Shown here: positions 11,794 to 23,789 of the stretch, one piece after another
Position numbering within the stretch: the first letter of the stretch is position 1
How the letters are laid out: each line of letters starts with the position of its first letter
NCBI GenBank assembly: GCA_030295235.1
Contig: AP026151.1
Coordinates: forward strand, 868,001 to 927,781
Reading direction: 5' to 3'
Length of the DNA: 59,781 nucleotides
From: Fistulifera solaris
Taxonomy: Eukaryota
Position numbers and translations under genes: made by a program
The notes under the pieces: generated by a model
Database searches by the model: none
Told to the model about the DNA's origin: nothing
What the model saw: the letters and a program-made list of their open reading frames with translations, nothing else

Positions 11794-12509
11794 CGATGTC
11801 AAACAAATATTTCAATGGAAGTCGTCGGTCTTAAGTAGTAGAAACTGTTATTGTCAGGCCTCTTGAACTTGAGTCAATTGAATGCTCAACGATGAGTCGA
11901 TTGTGAAATTGTGAGCAAAAATGTTGTAGGTCCATCATCTTGTGTCGGCGTTACGGCGGCGAGGGTGAGGTGATAAGGAGAAATGTTGTTGTCGCGTTTT
12001 TTGTCGCCGCTCGCCGCACGCCGCACTCATCCGCACCGAAAGGAAATGGACCGTGTCGAGTAGAGTAGAGCGCATCTTACGTGTTGTGTCGTGTGCTAAT
12101 TCGCGTTTGACGTCACGATTTGCTTGCAACGCTTCATAATTTCTTTCCAAATTGGCGTCCAGGATGTTCTTCAGTCTTCTGCGGACTCTTAGACTGAAAT
12201 CAAAAGTACATCCATGTCCTATTTACGAAGCTATGACTTTTACGGGAGTGCAGAAAACTTGTCCGCTTCTCCACCTTCCGGTTTTAGGATTAGGGCCAAG
12301 AGCCAGAACTACTATAGCTAAAAATGTACATACATAATTTCGGCTTGCGGCTTGCGGAAAGCGGTATGGGTTCGCAGTTCGCAGTGCCGGTTTCCGGTTT
12401 CTTGGTTTCTTCGCTTCATGTCGTATTGTGTATTGTGACCATGTGGGTCCGAAATATGAAATATCGCACAGAATACTACTGGTAAAAAGCAAGTCCGAAA
12501 ACCGAAAAC

Positions 12510-12772
12510 TATAGTTCGACAAATATCGATATTCGGATTTTTACGAATATCAATATCGTATAATACGATATAATAACCGTTATTAATACTCGCAACCGTC
12601 TGTTTTTGTCCGCAAATTACAGCCATTCTGATGTCAAAAGCCTCAAATCCGTCTGTCAGACGTACGAATATCAATAAATATCGATATTGGCAAAATGGCC
12701 CTGATATTATACGCTATTATAACGCGAATATCGATATTCGTTATTTGTTATTTGAGAGGGTGTCGAACTATA
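12510..12772. mobile_element. hAT-like MITE, family A, copy 1 (263 bp)
   Basis: Perfect 12-bp TIR TATAGTTCGACA...TGTCGAACTATA and 8-bp TSD CCGAAAAC. Internal AATATCGATATT palindromes. A near-identical inverted copy is at 41954-42217. Confidence 0.92.
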
Positions 12773-14022
12773 CCGAAAACCGAAAGACCTGTTGCGTGTT
12801 TGTTGTTTGTTGCGTCTTCTGTATCGTTCATTCTGTAGTTCATTTTTCAAACGCTGTTCAACATTACTTGTACTACGTATAAACAACAACAAGCTACAAG
12901 CTAATAAAAGCGACAAGGCTACTTGTACAAGGTAATCACGAGTCACGAGTCGTCCTTTCAGCTACTAATAGAATGCTGACTAAGTATTGGTAAGGAGTGA
13001 CGAGTGACGAGCATGTTAGCGGTTAGCGTGCTAGCTATAGCGATCTAATGTCATTACCTGGTACGGAAGCAATAACTATACTGTAAGCAACAACCAACAA
13101 CATAGAGCTTTAGAGCCACAAAATTTGATATTTTAGACTAAGTTTGAAGTTCTACTCTAGCGACTGAATTCTGTAACCTAATCAAAAAATACCGAGTATC
13201 CTACAAAGGTCTGCAGGCAGCAGTTACCAGTCACGGCATAACGAGTTGCACGAGTGCTCTACAAAGGTATACTCTCCAAAGATAGCTACGATGTATTCTA
13301 GATTACCGTTGCAAAAGTCACTTCATCCCCTGACGAGATAACAAACATGCTTGCCTCTGTTGATGAATGCTCTTTTTAGGGTATCATTTTAGTTAAAATA
13401 AAATTTATACGGAGTAAGAAGTAATTTAGCTGGCGTGCGGGATACCCTTTACGCTCGACAAGCGTCAAGCGCCTTCTAGAGCTTCTGGAGCAAAGAAAGG
13501 CATTTGGTGGAAATGTTGAAGCTAGAGAAAATACAGTAGCTCCTAGCTCTCTCTGGCTGGAGGCTGGAGAGAGTGAGCGAAGAGAGAAAGAGAAAGGTAT
13601 TTTGAATTTTGTGACCGCTGTACTTCAAACGGGATACTCGAAACATTCCTAAATTTGTGGAACTCTGCAGCCCACACAAAAACTTTTCAAAACAAAGCAA
13701 GAAGCCAAGCGGCAACTGCAGGCGAGTCAAAGTTAATACTAAATCTTATCAATCATTCTACTTATGGTACTTGAGAATCGATAAGTAAAACTCAATAAAT
13801 GAATGGGATCTGAAGTAAATGGAGACGTGATAAGTGATAAGTTTTACAACGATATACGATATCGGGTGATGCGTGGTGCGCCCTGCTCCTGTCGAAGATG
13901 TTGAGATCTTCAGTTCTTCAGTTGACAAAGATCTTTACACGCAGGAATTGCTCTGACAGCCACACAATTTGAAAAGCGATCTTTCACAAAACGCAACAAC
14001 GTATCTTTGTATCACCACGACC

Positions 14023-14865
14023 ATGAAGATTACGAACTTTGCTATCGCCTTTGCGGCCCTCCCTACGTTGACAGGGGGGAGCTCGTCATTCCTCCTGTAA
14101 GCCGTTTACGGAGATTTACGCCCATGGAACCGATCTTTGCGAGAAAATGTTCTCCGATGCCTTTGTCGTCGTCCCCGACGACCAACCAGCTTTATCACAT
14201 GTGGTTCTTCGACACGGATAACAATCCGAACGATCAAGTCACTCGTGATATCTTCGGAACCGAGCCTCTTGAAGAATGCAACGTGCAGTTCTTTCACAAA
14301 GATGTTCCGAGCCCGGAGGGCGATGACATGGGCGAGTGTCACCCCTGGAAACAGCGCTCTTGTTGCCATGGCTCTACGGTTGCCAGTACCGAGGAACTCA
14401 AGACGCTCTACGGCGGCGGCCCGGACAAGTGCGGAGTCATGTCGGATGCGTGCGAACGTTTCTTTGTTTTTGAGTATTGCTTCTACGAGTGCGAGCCCTC
14501 GGTCGGTCTCTTCCGCAAGTTCAACGATAGTCAGACGGATCATCCGGACTTCAACACCTGGCAGTTGTACCAGATGCCCATGAAGAAAAGTTACTGTGAT
14601 GCGTGGTTCGATGCCTGCAAGAACGACTTTTACTCCGAAGAAAGCTTCACGTCGGAAGAACCCAAAGAAGTTAACAAGCTCAGCATCTCGATGGGTGTCA
14701 TGAGTGTGCTTTTTCTTTTTTCTTTGCGTCTTTTCCGCGTTCTTGATCCACCATGAACGTAGTGGTAAGCCTTTTTTGGTACCACAAAATCGGTTCCTCC
14801 GGCTGAAGGCGATGTCGGTATTTAAAAAGACGGATTTTTGTAGCAACGTTGATATTGCGAAATGA
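14023..14865 (+). pseudogene. FOLR-like paralogue, copy 2, with three +1 homopolymer insertions (pseudogene or assembly error)
   Basis: Collinear with 7800-8585. Extra bases in the G-run near 14075, the T-run near 14191 and the T-run near 14715 break the frame. No other stops appear once these are corrected. Confidence 0.8.
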
Positions 14866-14866
14866 C

Positions 14867-14986
14867 ACTTTTGCCGCGGGAGCTTTGTGATGTGGGTAAT
14901 GGCTGAGAAATTAATGGAGTCGAAAGATTCTTTGTTGACCGTTCGAACCTGAACATGGTAATGCATGCGAAAGGGAAGGCAAAAGT
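14867..14986 (+). ncRNA. TPP riboswitch aptamer in the 3' UTR of FOLR-like copy 2
   Basis: Same core as 8634-8748. Perfect 9-bp P1 ACTTTTGCC/GGCAAAAGT, which differs in sequence from copy 1 but still pairs. Confidence 0.9.
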
Positions 14987-15124
14987 ATTATGAAACTAAA
15001 ACCATCCATGTTGTTACAATGCAAAATCGTGGTGAAGAACTTGTCTACGAATGTATTATGAATATAGTATAGGTGTGGTTTACTTTATGAATGTCGCTAT
15101 CGCCAATATAATGAATCAATTTCT

Positions 15125-16247
15125 TCACCGGTTGCGAATGTTGTTCCAGGCTTCTTGCATTCGTTGGGCTTGGCCTTTGGTGAATATATCATCGCATCCC
15201 AAGGGAGCATAATCCATGATGTTGTTCAAAGGATCCGGCCCTGGTTGATTCGGGCATGTATCCGGCAATGGATTGGGACAAGCACCGCTCGTTCGTCCAT
15301 AATAAGACTTTTGCGCATTGGTATCGTCCACTAAATCTCCAGGGGAACACCCACCCGAAAACGTGTGCAACAAGTTCAGCCAATGGCCTTAAAAGGAAAA
15401 TACAAGACGGCAAGTCAGCGCAATGTCATCCTCTTCTTTTACGAGGGTCGTGGATTACTGAACGTACCGACTTCATGTGCCACGGTCGTGCGATCCAACG
15501 CGCAATTGATATCAATGGTGACACCATCACCGTTTCCTACCGCTGCAGCATCTTCGGCAAGATAAGCATAACCACAGAATCTACTGCTCCCGGAAACGGC
15601 AAGCTTGAAATAAATGTTGAGTGTGTTGAGGCCTCCCCTTTTCAGCTTAGCCTGCATTTCTCTTTCTTCCGCCGATCCTGATTGTGCTTGGAACCAGTTG
15701 TCGTTTTGTGCACGGTTAATGGAAATGACATTGATTTGAAATCCGGCCGATGATAGTAAGCTGTTCGCGAGTTGAATACTCTGATTCAGTGTGCTGTCGG
15801 AAAGAAACCCTTCTCCGTTCGTTCGAGAGACGGCATGCACATAAGTCGGAATAGAGACTTGAGAGTTCCAGTTACCACCGCCACCGCTGCCGCTATCATC
15901 ACCGCCATCGCTTCCGCCACCACCGCCCGTGTCAGTATCGTCTCCAGGATTCCAAGCACTTCCTCCTCCGCCAAAGAAATAGAACAACCGCCTTGCTGTT
16001 GTTCATATTGCCGCTGTTGTAATGCGAACCGTTCTTCTTCGACACGAGCGACTCGCTCTTCCTGTTCGGCCTGTAATTGATAAATTTCGTGCACGGCCGG
16101 TTCGTGGAAGCCACAACCTTCCGGTGTTTGGGCCAGCAGTTCTCGCAAACGACGGTCTCCGTGATGGTGGTGTTCATGGGCCCGTACAAGCGCTGGTGTT
16201 ACTAGAAATAGAAGAGTAAAGCATGGTATTGGATTGAATCTGCGCAT
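15125..16247 (-). CDS. Secreted M43 metalloprotease, copy 2 (Gly/Asp-rich linker; 1-nt indel near 15985)
   Basis: MRRFNPIP signal peptide, HEHHHHGDRRL, EGCGF. Intron at the same position as copy 1 (HEV|GHWLNLLHTF), then GDLVDDT and NIMDY. Confidence 0.87.
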
Positions 16248-18424
16248 GATGGATGATATATTCCGATCGATTGATTGGCTTCCGAAGGATTTTGTTGTTT
16301 CGTTATGTGGCAAGCGAAAAAAGTAACCCAGCAATAAAGAAAACTTTGCAAGTTGGTTGGGACCGTACAACGAACAACAAGACTACAGTATGCTCTATTG
16401 TTCGTTATCCTTTGGCCGAAATGGCGAAATGGGTCACTATTCCGGATTCCGGCATTTTGATAAAGTCCTCGAAGACGTTTTGACTATTTCAACTACTTAC
16501 TATACTATCCAACAAGAAGTAAGGAATCCGGAGAAACAATGACCTTACTCCTATGCAATGACCGCGGAAAATGAGCTGACGGCTGACATACTGTACAAGT
16601 ATTTCCTCGAAACAACACTTGCGGCTCGTCGGACCATTGATGTTTATGGACAAAACTGTTAGCGATAAAAAGTTGACAATGTGCCTATACATCTAAAGCA
16701 AATTAGACACGATTGCTGCGAGGGAGATGTTACGTACAGGAATGGTGTTTCAGTTGCAATTTCTCTTGATCAACGACGACGCGAAGCCGACGGCCGACGG
16801 CCAACGGGAAGCACAAAATGCAACAATCTCTGGTGCCTTCGTTCCTTCCTCTCACTGGCAATTATTTCGATTGGGATTGATTTCTGGTTGTATAATATTT
16901 AGCCTAAATCATGCGCAACACGCCTCTGTCGTCGCACAAGAGTTAATGCTCATATCGGAGCGGATATTTTCGTTACTGTCCCTTAATATCAATGAGACCG
17001 AAAGAGACAGAATGTGCACGGCCAACTAGCACATATCAAAGAAACGCAGTTCTTGCAGACAGCGTTGCGCTGCTCGTCATACTGTTACCGAAAGTTTTGC
17101 TGCCCATCCGGCGTCTAGTGCATTCCTGCCACAAAGAACAGGATGCCGCATTCAAAACACAGGCTACGGTATTTGGAACCCAATCGGTGATACTTTGGAA
17201 ACCATCAACAATCAACCGTTCCTGCTTTTTCAGCAAGATCCACAGGCAGTAAGTTTCAGAGCAATAAAGGAAAGCAATTATTACACGAGTGCACCGCCAG
17301 AAGGTAAATGATATACGGAGTATTACTATTTGAATCCTTAAGCTAAATAATAAAATGCATAATTATATAAAACTGGGAGGGTCATGCGTCGGCTTTAAAC
17401 AAAAGCTTTGTCGGGCAATCACAATCAACACGAGCTAGTGACATAGGTGATTTGGATACAGAGAGTCGGTGCACCAATCAAAGGTCGACCGAGACATCAT
17501 TGTCTCGGCACATGTCGTCGTTTACATCGTTTTCATCTATCAGATCAAGCGCGCGTTGAAGAATGTCGCTAAGTTTACGCATTCGTGCCAAATGGTCTCG
17601 ATTTCTTGAAATTCTTGTGGAAAGCGGCTGCACGGAACGCATCTCCGTATTAGCGAAACCTTCGAGAGTGGTTACGACCCCTTTTACGGAAAAAAGGACG
17701 ATGGGGTTGTGAACTCGTTTTCGATTGCATGGTTAGCCGTTTGGTTTTATAATGAGGAGTGGAGTGAGTTGTGCGTTGTGCACAGGAAGACGAGGTGCGA
17801 ACCAGCTCCGCGAAAAGATTAGAACGCTATTCAAAAGGGTTCTTGACGATCAAGTGTATCGAGCGTGGCACGTGTTAAATTTTTCACCTAGCTTCTACTA
17901 TACGTAAGCAATGTACAGTCAAAAGGACCAAGAGGTGACGCAACATGATCAGTTGAAGTTCTGAGTTCGATAATTTCGTTGTCTCTATTGCCTTCCATGG
18001 TTGCGCTGAATTCGTCACTGGTACATAGAAAGAAACAAAGTAGTCGTTCACCGTTAAAGAACAAGAATTGCATGCCAGAGGGCAATAGGGACAGTACTTC
18101 TTTGCAGAGAGAAGTCATTCTGCGATCTTAGTCTTCCAAATTTCTAGCGTCGCTTCTTTGTTGACTGTAGAATGTATCACGCTGGTAATCTTCAAATGGT
18201 GACGCAGTTCTTCTCGAGGCTAGAGTTTCGGGGAATTAATATGTTTGACGTTGATTAGACTAGTAGTTAATGGGATCAAGTCTAATCTTGGTAGGGACAG
18301 ATGCACTTTAGGCAAAGGCAATGGTTTCCAGATAGTCGCTGGTCTTTCTAGGGGATATGGGATCTAGTCCTAGAATTAGACGCAATTAGACTTTTAAAGG
18401 AACCTAATGGGGTCTTAGGTCCTA

Positions 18425-18883
18425 CAAGGGGAAATCACTGGGGGACTCGCTTCTGCAGTCACGCGAGGATTGTACATTATACGCCCTACTCCAAGCTATA
18501 GAAAAATGACCCCTTATTATCCCCAAACCGATGAGTGCCGCCAAAATGAGACTGTAACTTGTTTGTGTCCCCCGCTCGCTGCTTCGAGCTTTGGTAAAAT
18601 TTTCAAAAATTTTCATCGCGACGCATCACGACAACAATGACAATGTTTGTCATTAGATATGAACGTCAAGGATGTTAAATTCTCGGTAGCCTTCATTTGG
18701 GAATAACTAATTAAAATATGAAGAATAAGATTCTCAGGTCGGCTACCGAGAATTAAGCTTTTATAATATTCTTTATTTTGCGTGAAATAAGCAGGCAAGG
18801 ACGCACACAGCAGCAGCGCGCAGCGGGGACAATAAGCGGTCCACGTGACTGAACGAGGCGAGTCCCCCAGTGATTTCCCCTTG
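18425..18883. mobile_element. Non-autonomous TIR element (459 bp) with P-superfamily-like termini
   Basis: Perfect 26-bp TIR CAAGGGGAAATCACTGGGGGACTCGC, extending imperfectly to about 40 bp. 7-bp TSD GGTCCTA on both sides. No ORF. Confidence 0.88.
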
Positions 18884-19322
18884 GGTCCTATCTCGAGACT
18901 GAAAGTTGGGAGGACGAGATTCGGAAAACATGCCATAGAGATTTTCTTTTTAAAGAGATCATTTCAGTCATGTACAAAGTGTCAAGGAAGTTTTTCACCT
19001 TTAAGGCATTGGCCCCCGCATTTCCAGACTCACTAACTTCTCGTCTTCACTGTTAAGTCCAATCTATAGAGAAAAATTACGGCAACCGTACTCGGTGTTT
19101 GCCGCAAGCCTATAATCAATAATGCAGACATCACTGCACCAATCATAATTGCAGTTGGAAAAACTGTCCTGTCGTCAACGATTGAATACAGATGACGGCA
19201 TTTTTTAACTAATTGGCACAAGGCACCGCGCACTCTAAGTTAGAGCCCAAAAACAAAGAGGAGATAAGAAATCACAATTTGTTTTCAATATAGATAAGCA
19301 TACAAGCAAACCTTCTTATTTT

Positions 19323-20072
19323 CTATGATCGTCCTCGTCCTCCACCACGTCGACGACCGCGTCCGGCTCCCCCACGACCCGCTTCTCCGCGTCCACCTTC
19401 TTGAATACGAGTACTCGTGCCCATACTACCTTTTGCTGCCGGTGATTTCGGGGGCTTTCCGTCTTTGGGTGCAAACGAAATCACCATTTTCATGCCATCG
19501 GGAATCTGAAAGCCCTTTTGCTCCATGGCTTGCACGGCGGCAACTACAGCTTTTCGCGGTGGAGGTTTTGCCGCAATCGGAGGAGCTTTCGCAATGGCTT
19601 TCGCAGTTTTGGTTGCTTTTTGCAGCGTCTTGGAATCCTCCATACGATCTTTTCGAGTCGCCTGTTTCGTTTTGAGGTCCGTTTTCGGGTGTGGTTTGTT
19701 TTGACGACGTCGTTGTCGGGCACGTTTGACTTGTGCTTGTTCGACTTGTTCTCCGATCTGTTTCTTTGCTGAGGGAGCGTTTGCGGCGGGCGTGCGACCT
19801 CGCTTGGCATCCATAATCGCTTGACGCCGGACACGATTCTTCGCTACCGAGCGATCCGCATTTTGTTCTTTGCGACGACTGGCGATCATATCGTCTAATT
19901 ATACGACAGTATCAAGCAATGCGTGTGAAAAGACGTGTAAGAGAAAGCCTCTTCTATAAATACTCGAATCAAAAGCTTCATTCAGATGAAGGTGCATACC
20001 TAACGACATATCAACCGCTGGTGCACTTGCAGTGCCCATAGAAAAGACCGGTTGCACTCCTAACAGTGTCAT
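19323..20072 (-). CDS. Basic RGG-tailed protein with an N-terminal UAP56-binding-like motif (ALYREF/UIF/CHTOP-like mRNA export adaptor)
   Basis: Splicing the intron at 19999-19895 gives VDMSLDDMIASRR. The body is K/R-rich and the C-terminus is GGRGEAGRGGAGRGRRRGGGRGRS. Confidence 0.65.
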
Positions 20073-20662
20073 TTTCAAAAAACTTGCAAAAAACTTAGTA
20101 AAGAAGAAAGGATAATGAGACAAATGCAGTGGGAAAGAACTTCTGCTTGCTTAGGTATTCAATGACTCCCAAGTTGCGTCGGCTAATCATTACATCGAGC
20201 CGTTGAGCTTTTGCAGCGCAACAGCATCGCAACGCGGCCGGACTCTTATTAAACAACTGTCGCATAGGGATGGACTATAGTAGCAAAGTGTGAAGGATAC
20301 TTTAGCCGCGATATCCGACGTTCTAAAGTAATTCAGTCTTTTGAAGTCATGAGTCAGGCGTCGCCCACTAAGGTGAACTGGGATACGAAATACTCCATTT
20401 TGTACGAGCAAAAAATACGTATCGTTTTTCCTTTTTACTTTGTGCCAACCAAGCCTATGAGTATTTCTTAGAAATTGTATGTTTGGAACATGGAACAATC
20501 GAGTGAAAGTCCTCTGGAGATGCGAAAAGGCATGCGTGCACAACTATTGATACCTCTACGCCGAACGTGCTTAGTTCAAACATTATTGCAGATATGCTTT
20601 AAACAAGAAGATTTATTGTGTTCACTAAACATATAGTTTCATGGCATCGCTACGTGTCAAAG

Positions 20663-22937
20663 TCAATTGGGCAATATCTTGCTCACTTGCCTAGTCTTGT
20701 AAAATACTCCGGCAATATAGGTCAATTTCCAAAAGAGAGCAATGCAAGCCAAGATCAACAGATTTTCACCAACGGACACATCCCCCTGCACGACAGCATA
20801 TGATTTGCTCAACTCATTCAGGACATTCGACCCAGTGGGAGGATCAGCACAGAAGGGTTCGGGGCAACTAGTTCTGTTCGTATAGCCCACACAGCAGGGT
20901 TCCCAGGTAGTATCCTCGAATTGGTTGTACATTTGCGTGCGCACGTAATAGGAGTATGGCATGACGTAGTAAAAGAGCGTAAACGGCCAGAACATGTCAC
21001 GTTTCGCAATCAAGAAACCACCAAACAAGAAACCCCCAAACCAAAAGTTCATGAATTGCAGCATACCGAGAATCGGATCGTCAATCCAAACACTCAAGCT
21101 TTCGGCAACGCATTCGTAGATGTACAGCGTCAGCGACCACGTGATCAAAACAATCGGAAACGTGTCGCCGGGAACGTCCATGATGGCGTACGAGGGGATG
21201 CCCAAGGCAAAGATACCAAAGACAATCATAATGGGTAAGACCAATATGGTCTTGGCCAACACGTAACTGAGTGGTGTCACCATGCCGTTTTTCGTTTCAC
21301 GCAAGATCGTTTTGAATTCATCGTTCAAAGCGTACACGGCCACGACACTCATGTTGTTGGCCACCGCAACGTGCCAAATGGTTATCCACAATTTGTTGGC
21401 TGCTTGATTCTGATCATACTTGCGAGCTTTCAAGTACACCAAGCTAAAAATGATGTTAGAAATCAAAAAGAGCACAGCACGTCCCATGTAGAGAATAGGA
21501 TCACGGGCGATCATCGTCGCACATCGACGAAACATGATCGAGACTTCACTTGCAAGGGAGGCGCGTTTCATATCCGTCACGCCGGTTACTTCCTCTTCCT
21601 TCCAGTCTTTGTGATGCGTCGTGGCCGCTTCGGGTCGTTTCTCTTCCCACATGTCCAATATTTTCGTGACTTCCGCATCATCCGAAAAGTCCGCATTCAC
21701 CAAATCCAAAAAGTGTTCAGCAGGGTTCGTCTGCACGGGCAAAGGGTACCCAATGCTCTCAAAGTAAGGGACGGCTTCTTCGACGGGGCCCGTGTAGGCT
21801 TCTCGCCCTTTACTCAAAATCATCGTTTCATCGAAACTATTGTAAACCTTCGTCGACGGTTGATGAATTGTACACAAGATAATGATCCGTTCCTCCTTGG
21901 CGACGCGAACGATTTCATTCATGATATTTTCGGCGGCCGCGGCGTCCTAGTTGGAGAGAGAATACAGTTGAAGACAATGTCAGATACACGCTCATGTTGT
22001 CACACGATGATCATTAATAACAAAAGAAGATCTTACCAATCCTGTTGTCGGTTCATCGAGAAATAATAGTCTGAGCGAAACAAAGGGAAAACGATAAAGT
22101 GAGTTGTTTGCAAATGTGCGCCTTTTCCTCTTCATACACACGGAACGTACGTCGGTTGCTTCAAGAGCGCAATGGCAATACTCAAACGACGCGCTTGTCC
22201 TCCACTCAAACGCGCATTCCGCGTATCCGCACAGACATCCAATCCCATTTTGGTAATAATTTCATCCACGACGGTGGGCATATCCGCTTTGTCGGCGACA
22301 TCGTACAATTCGGCGGCGTACAAGAGAGTTTCCCGACACGTGAGATACGGCCAGTGTTTGTCGTGTTGTACGACGACATAACTGTGTGTTTTGAACATTT
22401 TGTCCGTCATGGGGACACCATTGAGTTTGACGGTTCCCCGGGTTGTACCGAATGTAGCATCCAACGTCAACGCACTAATTAGGACCGTCTATGGAAGCAA
22501 ATCGAGGTTAGAGAGGGGATGAGATAACGATGTACTGCATTCTATGTCGAAGATCTACTCAAGGCAGCTTACCTTTCCGGCGCCTGATGGACCCATAATA
22601 GCCAGCACGTCTGTTTAAGAGAAGAAGAAGAAAAATGATTGTATGAAAAAATGAAGGAATGAGAAAGGCAACGCTCTCTCGCAGACAATGAAGAACTTCG
22701 TTACGTACGTCCCCATTTAACCGTATGCGAAACATCGGAAAGGATCTTGGTTTCTTTTGAGCCCTTCTTGACCGTGAAATTCAAGTTACTGAATCGAAAG
22801 ACGGACGAGTCCATGCCTTTCCCGTGATTACTTCGACGTGAAGAACTATTGTTGATGTTCTTGCTGCTGCCGGATTCATCTTCTTCGACTAATTTCGGTT
22901 CCTTTTGCGTTGCATCGGTGTCTTTCTCTTCCGTCAT
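20663..22937 (-). CDS. ABCG (White-family) half transporter, multi-exon
   Basis: NBD precedes TMD. Motifs: Walker A IMGPSGAGK|T (exon near 22572-22610), VVQHD, signature LSGGQARRLSIA, DEPTTGLD, CTIHQP, NPAEHFLD. ABC2-type TM domain follows. Confidence 0.93.
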
Positions 22938-23789
22938 TGTAGATTAAAATATTCTGCTTTTCCGTGTTTTGGCTGCTGAAAGAAAGATCCACAGAATGAA
23001 AGAATGAAGGACAACGTGAGTAAGATACCCTTGAAATAACAAAAACTGCACAGCTCTCCGTTATTTGTGGGCACGGGAAGCGCCACGAACATCCAGCGCG
23101 ACGATGAAGTTCAGAGAACGTCCTAAAACCTAAAACGTCGCGGCCAAAGGCCAAAGGCCAAAGCGACAGCGTTAAGTACCTTGTGCCTACATATTGTCTT
23201 ATACTATACAACAGACTGGTTTTGATATGATTAATAGTAAAACAACTCGGAGAAATACATAAGGCCAGGCCCATCGGCGTTTCTTGGACATTTTTTGAAC
23301 TACGGTAGACTAATCGTTGTTAGAAATTCCGCATTCCGAATTCCATTCTGATTCTTGAACCTCCGAAATAATACCGGAACAACAGTGTGACGTTTCGAAG
23401 CTTACGTCGCCTAGCCTATTAGTCAGGACCAGTCCGACGAAGATTCACTCTCTTGAAAAAAGTACTAAAGGTATGAATGACAGCTAATGTGTAGGTGTGA
23501 GTCACACGACAGTTTGGATGGCCGCCGCCGCGCTTTTGGTTGCACTCGCGTCATCCGCCTCGTTTTCGTTCTTTTTGAGGTGCCGACACCATTCAAAAAA
23601 ATTGACTTGCGAATCATCAAAAAATAATAATACCATTCCACCGCATCAAACAGCATTGTTTTAAATTCGTCCGGCTTTCTTTCATTCTTCAATCACCTAG
23701 TGGTTGCAAAGTGCCCGCTGCTTGTTGCAAGGAGACGGAAAACCAGCATTATACGTTCTCTTTTTGTCTCTGAATTAAAGCGCGGACGA

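Noticed and set aside
16500..18250. Coding-like stretches and a small hairpin (CCGAGACA-TCAT-TGTCTCGG near 17489), plus GAGTCGGTGC resembling a tracrRNA end
   Set aside because: There is no sustained ORF or recognisable motif, and a 10-nt match is expected by chance. It may be decayed gene or TE sequence but cannot be supported.
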